From: a virus
Length of the DNA: 64,000 nt
Reading direction: 5' to 3' (one strand)
IMG/VR virus record: IMGVR_UViG_3300015371_000017
Span: 1 to 64,000 of that record
Positions 57,264 to 64,000 of this stretch are shown piece by piece. The translations under genes and the position numbers were made by a program. Every line of letters begins with the position of its first letter. Position 1 is the stretch's first letter. The notes below the pieces were generated by a model. The model was not told where the DNA came from. It worked only from the letters and a program-made list of their open reading frames with translations, and searched no databases.

Positions 57264-57482
57264 TTATGCTCCTTCTGTTTGGTTAATTGCCTCATCTGCT
57301 TTGTCAATCAAATCCTTGAGTTGATCGAGGTCAGCAGACTCCTTGTTTTGTGCGGCGATGACTAACGTGCGGCGATCATAAGATCGCTGCCACCCTTCGA
57401 TGCCCTTGTTTACGGCACCCAGAAACCCGCGCAGCAGAAAATCAAGATTGCTGCCGTGCTCAACTTCGTGAAAGATTCTCAT
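57264..57482 (-). CDS. hypothetical protein
   Basis: C-terminal ESADLDQLK..ID.AD resembles the neighbouring gene. Confidence 0.55.
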   Translation of the reverse strand: MRIFHEVEHGSNLDFLLRGFLGAVNKGIEGWQRSYDRRTLVIAAQNKESADLDQLKDLIDKADEAINQTEGA

Positions 57483-57648
57483 GCTTGACCCTCAATCTCG
57501 CCGCACGACAAGAGATTACACTATAATCATCTGCCTTGTCGCTCTTTATTCTGCAAGCTAAGCACTCCTCATCTAATGGCGAAATAAATTCCCGCGAAGG
57601 CTTGCGTTCTAAGCATTTCCAGCAGAGTTTCCAATCAAGGTCGTCCAT
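57460..57648 (-). CDS. small Zn-ribbon protein
   Basis: CWKC...CLAC. Confidence 0.45.
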   Translation of the reverse strand: MDDLDWKLCWKCLERKPSREFISPLDEECLACRIKSDKADDYSVISCRAARLRVKHENLSRS

Positions 57649-57649
57649 T

Positions 57650-58447
57650 TTAATGAAGTCCGCCTCTGCCTACGATAAACGCAAGGATCGCGAGTGTTAA
57701 CCCCAAAACGGCAATCAGGTATTTACTATTGTCCCGCTGCTCAATTTTAGTTTCTTGCGTTCCAACTGTCCGACCTTCGCCGCGATCTAAGCGTGATTTG
57801 AGATCGTTGATCTTGTCGTTCATGCTGCTAGCCGTTGAACCAATGAGCGTTCCTATTTGGTCGATTTGTTTTGTAAAAGCACTCTCACTTTTGGCAATGG
57901 CCGCTGCGTTGCTCACGTTTGTTGCGACCGCTGATTCCTTCTGCGCTTGAAGTGCGGCGGCGATAGCGGTCTTGTCAGCTATCGAAAGCTGTTCAGTTCG
58001 CTTATCACGTTCTGTGAATTGAACCTCGATACTACGGAACTTCTCATCGTCAACTACTCTGTGCTGCGCAAACTTTTCATCAACCGACTTGATCATTCCT
58101 TCAAACTTCTCGTTGACTCGTTTCTCCGCGTCGGTTAGGGCATTGCGCTGTTCGGTCTGAACCTTATCAATCGAAACAACGATACTCTTCTCGGCCTTGT
58201 CTAGTCCGGTCTGAATGTTCTGGGCAGCAGCAACCAAGGCTTCCTTGCTTCCAGTTTCAAAAGTATTGATTCGTTCGGTAAGCGCCCTCAACTTAGCTTC
58301 AAAGATTTCAGAAAGCGCGGCAATCTCCCGCTCAAGCTGGCGAGTTGTAAGTGTGGTTGGATCGGGGCGGGGCACTATGTCGCCGTGATCAACAACGTCA
58401 TCGCGGGGAATTTGGTGCTTGTCTCTGTCTTCGTCGCTTTGTCTCAT
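57650..58447 (-). CDS. coiled-coil protein with C-terminal TM anchor
   Basis: PDPT.LTT, AALQAQKE, DLK.RL...EG; hydrophobic C-terminus. Confidence 0.7.
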   Translation of the reverse strand: MRQSDEDRDKHQIPRDDVVDHGDIVPRPDPTTLTTRQLEREIAALSEIFEAKLRALTERINTFETGSKEALVAAAQNIQTGLDKAEKSIVVSIDKVQTEQRNALTDAEKRVNEKFEGMIKSVDEKFAQHRVVDDEKFRSIEVQFTERDKRTEQLSIADKTAIAAALQAQKESAVATNVSNAAAIAKSESAFTKQIDQIGTLIGSTASSMNDKINDLKSRLDRGEGRTVGTQETKIEQRDNSKYLIAVLGLTLAILAFIVGRGGLH

Positions 58448-58542
58448 TCACGATTCACCTTCTGTCTGAGGACGTAAAGGTTTGCCACAATAAGAACATG
58501 CGTATTGCTCGGATGAATTTTCCTCACCGCAATGCGAACACG

Positions 58543-58710
58543 TTACTGCCACCGCCTAACCACCTTCCCAAACAGTCCCAGCGGCACAACCACAAACACA
58601 AACAACAATAGACCGAAGATTAGTTCGATGCGTCCCACGATCTTATCCGTGGCGCTGACATCAAGCCTGTCGCCCGCAGCAAGTTTCACAGTGTAGACGC
58701 TTCGCTTCAA
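58543..58710 (-). CDS. small membrane protein
   Basis: C-terminal hydrophobic segment. Confidence 0.4.
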   Translation of the reverse strand: MKRSVYTVKLAAGDRLDVSATDKIVGRIELIFGLLLFVFVVVPLGLFGKVVRRWQ

Positions 58711-59153
58711 TCTTTCGGTACGCCGTTCTTGCACTTCTCTGGATAATAACCACAGCCCCAGACCGGCTTAGCAGCGTACTCCGCCAGCACTGAGTTCTCT
58801 TGGCTCGCGATAATCGACGGCGCAGGCGGAAAATGATTCAACAGAATATGGAGGCCGATGTCTACGAGTGCCAGCCCTCTGCTTTGACCATGCTGGGCAA
58901 CGAAGGCATCGAACCGTGGCACAAAGGCTCTCAACAGACCAGGTACGATGTCCTTCTTTCCGTTGCGCACAGCATCGCAGATTACGTGTCCGTCTCTGCT
59001 CAACTCCGCGAAGATAGGATCGTTTGGAAACTGAGTTGACGCTAACTGAAATCCTGTCATTACGTCATCACAGAGCATAGCCTTGTTGCAGCTAAAACCA
59101 AGTGTTGCGTAAGCCAGGACTGCGACTAAAGCAATCGATGTGAGTCTTTTCAT
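58707..59153 (-). CDS. lipoprotein
   Basis: MKRLTSIALVAVLAYATLGFSC signal peptide ending in a lipobox-like Cys. Confidence 0.65.
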   Translation of the reverse strand: MKRLTSIALVAVLAYATLGFSCNKAMLCDDVMTGFQLASTQFPNDPIFAELSRDGHVICDAVRNGKKDIVPGLLRAFVPRFDAFVAQHGQSRGLALVDIGLHILLNHFPPAPSIIASQENSVLAEYAAKPVWGCGYYPEKCKNGVPKD

Positions 59154-59162
59154 AGATTCTCC

Positions 59163-59384
59163 TTAGCAAATCGAATGTAATCCACCCTGCGCGAACTGAA
59201 TCAAAAGGATCAGTAACAGAATCAGCGCGATCACTAATACGATCCACTGAGCGTAAGCGTTGATTGGCGCGGGTAGTTTGCTCAGAATGAGCCACAGAAT
59301 CAAAAGAAAGACGACGACAATCAGCGCCCAAATTAGAAGGGTTGGCAAACACGACAAGCCTAACCCTGCAAGTAATAGAATCAT
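59163..59384 (-). CDS. small multi-TM protein (holin candidate)
   Basis: two long hydrophobic helices linked by LPAP. Confidence 0.55.
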   Translation of the reverse strand: MILLLAGLGLSCLPTLLIWALIVVVFLLILWLILSKLPAPINAYAQWIVLVIALILLLILLIQFAQGGLHSIC

Positions 59385-59533
59385 TTCTCTTCCTCCTGCT
59401 TTTTTGGTTCAGTATCGAGGGGTTCGATGTAGACGGTTTGATGTAGATCAGTCTCGTCTCTAGTCGAGACTTTATGAGTGCGCCGATTGATCGGAATTAC
59501 GATTGTCTCGTCGTCAGGGTCGATTACTTTCAC
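59381..59533 (-). CDS. hypothetical protein
   Basis: GTGA-coupled; GGAGG RBS. Confidence 0.45.
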   Translation of the reverse strand: MKVIDPDDETIVIPINRRTHKVSTRDETDLHQTVYIEPLDTEPKKQEEEK

Positions 59534-59685
59534 CGCGCCTCCATCTCGGCACAATCCGCGCAAACCCAGCGTGTCCACCTCCGTGAACCTGATTCATTGC
59601 GAAAGCGCATAACTCCGCGCCGATGAAGGCGGAATAAACAGTGAAGCCAGATACCAATCTTATAGCCAATGGGTTGAGTTCGCAC
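59530..59685 (-). CDS. 51-aa leaderless protein (not in ORF track)
   Basis: C.FRLH...CADC; TAGACA-18-TACAAT 6 nt upstream. Confidence 0.5.
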   Translation of the reverse strand: MRTQPIGYKIGIWLHCLFRLHRRGVMRFRNESGSRRWTRWVCADCAEMEAR

Positions 59686-59744
59686 GGGCGGATTGTACGC
59701 CGCATTTAGTAGGGATGTCTATGAAATTCAATGAGGTTGCTGGA

Positions 59745-59787
59745 GAAACACGAAACCCGCTAGGTGCTGCTTAGGAACCTAACGGGC
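59745..59787 (-). terminator. intrinsic terminator-like hairpin
   Basis: CCCGTTAGGT...ACCTAGCGGG followed by TTTCGTGTTT on the minus strand. Confidence 0.5.
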
Positions 59788-59850
59788 CGTGCTGATTGTT
59801 GAGATCAGGTTGAACGAGCTTGCTCACTTAGAAGCCTATCAAAAAAAGTG

Positions 59851-59879
59851 TTGCGTTACAACTTAAATCGGCGTATCTT
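59851..59879 (+). promoter_or_regulatory. promoter for the structured RNA
   Basis: A-tract, then TTGCGT-17-TATCTT. Confidence 0.55.
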
Positions 59880-59884
59880 GGGCA

Positions 59885-60290
59885 TGTTGAGACTAGGTTG
59901 AAAATTGAAGTCCTTCCGATTCCTTTCAACCCGTACTAAATCAACTTTTGTCGGATGCTTTACCTATGACGCTTTTGAGTAATAGCGTAGAACCCTATCG
60001 GTTGGCTGCTTGGCTGATAGGAAAACGTGCCGCAGGGCGCAACGGAAGTTGCGGGGCAGACTGTCTGAAACTTCGGTAATTCCGATCCCTAGTAACGTCC
60101 CCTGACCATAGTAGGGCCGCAAGGATAAGACAAAGCAGCGCGCGAAAACTGAGACACCTCAGCGGGCTCACACCTTAAATCCGACAAGACGCAATCGCGG
60201 TTAAATCTTTGCGCCGTTTAGTAGACGCCGTGAAGTTGGGCAAACCACGTACTTACGTTGCCTAGCGTCTCACACCTAAAAGCGAGAGGA
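59885..60290 (+). ncRNA. large multi-stem structured RNA or leader (unassigned)
   Basis: 59946-59956 pairs with 60179-60189 and encloses at least 6 hairpins, including GNRA loops; no ORF of 60 aa or more. Confidence 0.6.
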
Positions 60291-60297
60291 TGGTTGA

Positions 60298-60624
60298 GTG
60301 ATGGCAATAGACAAGATTCCGAAGGTTGGACGGTTCCTTTTCACGGAAAGTATGTTACGAGATGGCTTCTTCCGACGCACGGGAACAATCACTAAAATAT
60401 CGGGTAAGCGCATTTACTACGACGAGCACAAGGACAGCACAATTAACACTGAGCGGTTTATTCATCGTAAGACGCTTGCCGCCGTCTGTGACACGTCGGA
60501 AGAAATTGAGGCGTTGCGATCATTCAACAGCCGCGCCTTAGCGGAAGTGGGCGCACTGAAAGCACGTCACAAAGAGGAAGCCGCAAGATTTTTTGACAAT
60601 GAAGTGTCTGATTTGCCGAAATGA
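60298..60624 (+). CDS. hypothetical protein
   Basis: GAGGA RBS downstream of the structured RNA. Confidence 0.6.
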   Translation: MMAIDKIPKVGRFLFTESMLRDGFFRRTGTITKISGKRIYYDEHKDSTINTERFIHRKTLAAVCDTSEEIEALRSFNSRALAEVGALKARHKEEAARFFDNEVSDLPK

Positions 60625-60826
60625 CGCCGACTACGGCGACGTATGTAAGAGTTGCTATCGCGGTCTTGAGGCGTTCAAGCGAAACACAAAGTATCTTGGG
60701 CGAGCGATAAGTTATCTGAAAAAGAAAGCGAAGCTGATAACGAAACACGACCGCCGCGCGAGGCGAAAAAGAGCGGTAGAATTACGCAAGTTGATCGCGG
60801 AACAAAAAGCAGACCGTAGATCGTGA
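60599..60826 (+). CDS. endonuclease VII C-terminal-like Zn-finger protein or remnant
   Basis: CLIC...VCKSCYRGLEAFK....LGRAISYL; catalytic DH segment absent. Confidence 0.5.
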   Translation: MKCLICRNDADYGDVCKSCYRGLEAFKRNTKYLGRAISYLKKKAKLITKHDRRARRKRAVELRKLIAEQKADRRS

Positions 60827-60843
60827 AGTGGCATGACAGATGA

Positions 60844-61296
60844 TCACCCAGAGCTATCGTAAGTGGCTTCAAATCCGCAATCAGGGCACTTTACGTGCTG
60901 GTCGTGCATTCGCGGTGAGTCCCATTTCCAATTTGGATGCTGACAGCCCAAGAGATAGAAATGCACGTCGTAACCATAGCCGTCGCCATCTTTGCTGATC
61001 CACGTTCCAGCCTTTGGCGGATCATCCGATTTCTTCATATAGCGTTCGGCTACCGCGACAGCTTCACGATGAAAAAAGTAGTAATGCCACGAATACCACC
61101 ATTGACGGTCATTAGGATCGGCATCGGGCAGCGGCGCGGAGCCACCGTAGTTCAATCCTTCCAATCCCCAAGGCCCACAATGGAAGTAACGAATAAAATC
61201 ATTCTGAGAGATTTCAGTTAGCGGCGATGCCGCTCGATTCGGGCCGTTCTCCCATTTGATGCCGAAAATATCAGGCTTGCTCCACTGGATTCTCAT
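60844..61296 (-). CDS. hypothetical protein with C-terminal Zn ribbon
   Basis: GCQH...CPDCGFE...DSSG; GGAGG RBS. Confidence 0.6.
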   Translation of the reverse strand: MRIQWSKPDIFGIKWENGPNRAASPLTEISQNDFIRYFHCGPWGLEGLNYGGSAPLPDADPNDRQWWYSWHYYFFHREAVAVAERYMKKSDDPPKAGTWISKDGDGYGYDVHFYLLGCQHPNWKWDSPRMHDQHVKCPDCGFEATYDSSG

Positions 61297-61453
61297 ATTC
61301 TCCTCCACCACCTCAACAACCTGCGCCAAAGAGGAACAGGCGTGTCTTGAAGGGCATAGCTGGCAACCTTCTTCTCGTAATTCAACACGATCTCATTTGG
61401 TATAAGGCGTCCTAGATGTCGCATGGTTACTCCTCTCAGCCTTGAGTATTGAA

Positions 61454-61558
61454 GTTGCGCGACCCGGCTTCGTCATGAAACCAGCCTGAGCGTATCGCCC
61501 TTCCTAGGTGACGACCGCCTAACCCGCTACGGCAAACCGCAGGGACGGAGCCGCGCAA
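61454..61558 (-). ncRNA. multi-stem structured RNA (unassigned)
   Basis: closing stem TTGCGCGGCTC/GGGTCGCGCAA enclosing three hairpins. Confidence 0.55.
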
Positions 61559-61579
61559 AACTTTTCAAATATCAGGACA

Positions 61580-61682
61580 GTTGCGCAGCGGACAGGACTC
61601 GAACCTGCAATCGAGCACCTCATCGCGTTTAGTGCTCACGGGCATTCCGCGCGTCTGCCATTTCCGCCACTCGCCGCGCAAC
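61580..61682 (-). ncRNA. tRNA-like RNA lacking a normal anticodon arm
   Basis: D arm TGGCGGAAATGGCAGACGC, T arm GCAGGTTCGAGTCCTGT, acceptor GCGGCG/CGCTGC, 3-bp/5-nt anticodon stub, long variable arm. Confidence 0.75.
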
Positions 61683-61736
61683 ATCTGGTAGGCCGAAGCT
61701 GTCCTGTTCGGTAGCGGAAAGCCTCGACCTGAAAGT

Positions 61737-62360
61737 TCAACCTTCGAATTGAAATACTTCCTGACTCATTCGCTTCGCTGCTATCTCGCAATACTTTTCT
61801 GACTTTTCTATGCCGATTGCCGTTCTGCCGAGATCCTTAGCGGCTCGAAGAGTTGTGCCTGAGCCCATGAACGGATCAAGGATCGTTTGCGCTTTCGTTC
61901 TGTTAATAAGCCACTTTGCCCACTGAAGAGGCTTCGGGCAAGGATGACCATTCGGCGGTACTGGTTGAGCATAAAAGTAATCGTGCATCTGAAGCCCCTG
62001 AATCTTTCCGTAAACTAGCAGAGGCTCCCAATCATTGAATCCGATATACGCTGCGTGTCCGGGCGATCCTTTGTACCAACAAATCAACCAATCGGGCGGG
62101 ATTGTTTTATAAATCCACTCGAGCTGATTTATCTGACATGACGGCAAAATGCCCATGTCGGCATTCGCTTTCACCCATCCCACAAGAAGCAGCATCAGAG
62201 TGCGCCAACCTTCCAAGTTGTCATCGTGCGAATCATATTGAAAATCCACGCCATAAGGCGGGTCAGTCAGCACTAAATCAACCTTCGGCAAAGACAGCAG
62301 AATCTCACGACAGTCTCCGTGGTAAATCGTTACTGCTTCGTCTTGGTAATAAGGGGTCAT
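61737..62360 (-). CDS. orphan N6A/N4C DNA methyltransferase, paralog 3
   Basis: IYHGDC, TDPPY, HPCPKP, DPFMGSGTT, AIGIE motifs. Confidence 0.9.
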   Translation of the reverse strand: MTPYYQDEAVTIYHGDCREILLSLPKVDLVLTDPPYGVDFQYDSHDDNLEGWRTLMLLLVGWVKANADMGILPSCQINQLEWIYKTIPPDWLICWYKGSPGHAAYIGFNDWEPLLVYGKIQGLQMHDYFYAQPVPPNGHPCPKPLQWAKWLINRTKAQTILDPFMGSGTTLRAAKDLGRTAIGIEKSEKYCEIAAKRMSQEVFQFEG

Positions 62361-62395
62361 TCCCACACGCTTGCGCGTCAGCTTCGACCAGAAGT

Positions 62396-62566
62396 TTAAT
62401 TCACAATCGTGCGCACTTCTTGAAGTCGCTGATTATAGGCCGTAGCAGCCTGATCGCGGTCAAGATACATTTGAGTCAGCCGTTCGATTGTGTACGGCGT
62501 AAATTCGTCGTCCGGATTTCCTCTGTAGTGAAGAATCCCGTTAATCACTTTTTCTTCGTAGTACAT
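62396..62566 (-). CDS. hypothetical protein
   Basis: MYYEEKVINGILHYR; AAGGGG RBS. Confidence 0.55.
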   Translation of the reverse strand: MYYEEKVINGILHYRGNPDDEFTPYTIERLTQMYLDRDQAATAYNQRLQEVRTIVN

Positions 62567-62747
62567 CTGATTCCCCTTTCGCAGCCTGCTCCTTAACGTA
62601 ATCGTCGTAAGCACAATCAGCACACAAAGCAGTCGCTCCTCGGTGGCAATGCGTCAATGCGCAGTCCTTGTCCTCTTCGCAGCGCGGACAATAATGAGAA
62701 TGAAATCCGTTAACCATCTCACCCCTCTCAACTTCGATAAATTCCAA
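62541..62747 (-). CDS. Cys-rich hypothetical protein
   Basis: HYCPRC...C...HC...CADC. Confidence 0.45.
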   Translation of the reverse strand: MEFIEVERGEMVNGFHSHYCPRCEEDKDCALTHCHRGATALCADCAYDDYVKEQAAKGESDVLRRKSD

Positions 62748-63024
62748 ATCGAGTAGCGATGCTCAGGCGTGTCGTCGGCATCGCATCCGGCCTGTCGGAC
62801 ATGTTCCCGTTCAGGCTTCGCATAATGGCCGTTATCCCGAATGCCCTCGTTAAGCATCGCTAGTTGTCACGCCCCAATTCAGCGACTCTAAACCGCCTTA
62901 CTCATTCGGAATGCAGGCGGTCGATTGTCTTGATAGCTGGCTGAAAACGATCCAGCTCAACGGCCTTGGTGAATCTCGATTTCAAAGAACTAGCGCCTCT
63001 CAGCTTCGACCAGAAGTTAAAGAA

Positions 63025-63435
63025 CTAATCCTTAGTCGCATAATCTGGATGTTTCGTCGTCATGTGCTGATGTAGATTGCTGAATGAACGATTGCAGCAC
63101 GGGCAGACACCTTTCGAGACTCGGTTCTTGAGTTTGGTAATTTGCCCCTTCTTGGCAATCAACTGTTTCTCGGCAACCAGCCGTTGCCCCTTTTGCCATT
63201 CAATTTCCCGTTGACTGCTTGCCTTCACGCGCTCAAGCTCCGCCCTGAGTTTGTCCACTTCTGACTTTATGAATGCCTGACTATGACCGTTCGGGCAATA
63301 GAATGAATCGCCAGTTTCACGAAGGCGGCGCAAGAAGTCCATCGGCATTCCAAACACCATCGCGCACTTGTAGCACTCAATCGTGTCGATCCAAACGCTG
63401 AAATTTAGTAGCTTTGCTGTTTTCGCCATCACCAC
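63025..63435 (-). CDS. double Zn-finger coiled-coil protein
   Basis: CYKC...FYCPNGH; CPCCNRSF.NL..HM...H. Confidence 0.75.
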   Translation of the reverse strand: MVMAKTAKLLNFSVWIDTIECYKCAMVFGMPMDFLRRLRETGDSFYCPNGHSQAFIKSEVDKLRAELERVKASSQREIEWQKGQRLVAEKQLIAKKGQITKLKNRVSKGVCPCCNRSFSNLHQHMTTKHPDYATKD

Positions 63436-63452
63436 TCCTTCACGCTGAAAAT

Positions 63453-63668
63453 CTAACGCTTCTTTTTAGGCCGACTACCGTTTTCGCCATTACCCGACTT
63501 CGCCCGATTGCGTTTTAAGCCAGCAACGGCCTGTGGCGTAAAGAATGCCTGCCGCCCAACGATAATCTCGGCCTCGATGTCGCCCCGTTTGTACATTTTG
63601 ACGAATCCTGGCCGTGTCACGCCGAGTATCGCCGCTGCCTGCTCGGGATTTAGTAAGGTTTTGCTCAC
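63453..63668 (-). CDS. excisionase/MerR-like HTH DNA-binding protein (leaderless)
   Basis: LLNPEQAAAILGVTR...RGDI; TTGCAT-17-TAAGGT 8 nt upstream. Confidence 0.75.
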   Translation of the reverse strand: MSKTLLNPEQAAAILGVTRPGFVKMYKRGDIEAEIIVGRQAFFTPQAVAGLKRNRAKSGNGENGSRPKKKR

Positions 63669-64000
63669 GGAAACAGACCTTAACAGAAAAGTTTCAGAGA
63701 TGCAACTTATTTCCTTGACTCTGAGTTTCTTTTATGAAACAATGCCCTTGCTCGTTTAGGGCAGATAAACGCAATGGCAACTTGCTTCATGCAAACAAAC
63801 CCTTCCGCCGGATTCATTGGCGACCATGCAGCCAAGTGCGCCAACGTAGTCGCGCATCTTGATGGCGAAATAACCGTCAACGGTCACTCAACCCATCACG
63901 TTCAATACGGAATTGCAAAAGAACATCAGAACGGCGCGGGTTGTATGTTGGTGTGCGGGAAGTGTGCTGCGAAATATGAGAAGCGAAATGATTGCGTCAT

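Larger units (their letters stand above)
62378..63018 (-). repeat. 19-bp intergenic repeat
   Basis: TCAGCTTCGACCAGAAGTT at 62378-62396 and 63000-63018; variant at 61720-61737. Confidence 0.85.

Noticed and set aside
59885-60624. HEARO/omega RNA with IscB, or a retron ncRNA
   Set aside because: The downstream ORF has no PLMP/RuvC/HNH or RT motifs.
61580-61682. Functional tRNA-Leu/Ser gene
   Set aside because: There is no 5-bp/7-nt anticodon arm, so no anticodon can be assigned; reported as tRNA-like RNA instead.
1-64000. Stop-codon reassignment
   Set aside because: Long genes are intact under the standard code and all three stop codons end genes.
63775-64000. + strand ORF starting MATCFMQTNP
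   Set aside because: It runs off the window edge and has no recognisable motif, so it was not annotated.

Overview
The window is most of a tailed dsDNA phage genome (about 50% GC; the host cannot be determined from the sequence). 1-6.8 kb (+): lambda-O/P-like replication genes with iterons, two tandem orphan DNA methyltransferases, Cys-rich micro-genes and a NinG-like nuclease. 6.7-51.2 kb (mostly -): a podovirus-type virion region (terS, scaffold, capsid, terL, portal, internal proteins including a 2017-aa lytic-transglycosylase protein, tail tube/nozzle-like proteins, beta-helix tailspike, S74 chaperone fibre) that also carries five homing endonuclease genes. Embedded in it is a module of Gly-X-Ser collagen-like proteins next to GT2/methyltransferase fusions and a split GT9-like enzyme, which suggests virion-fibre glycosylation. 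51.5-56.3 kb (+): small accessory genes separated by long hairpins, a complete cargo-carrying IS1595 (TIRs, 8-bp TSD) whose end supplies an in-frame start for the gene it interrupted, and a sixth, frameshifted HNH gene. 56.3-59.7 kb (-): membrane, lipoprotein and coiled-coil genes with no recognisable endolysin. 59.7-63.7 kb: a large structured non-coding RNA candidate, an anticodon-less tRNA-like RNA with a second structured RNA sharing its closing stem, a third methyltransferase and an HTH regulator. No integrase, CRISPR array or reverse transcriptase was seen, but two inverted dif-like (XerCD) sites lie next to terS. All family assignments come from motifs recognised by eye; no searches were run.
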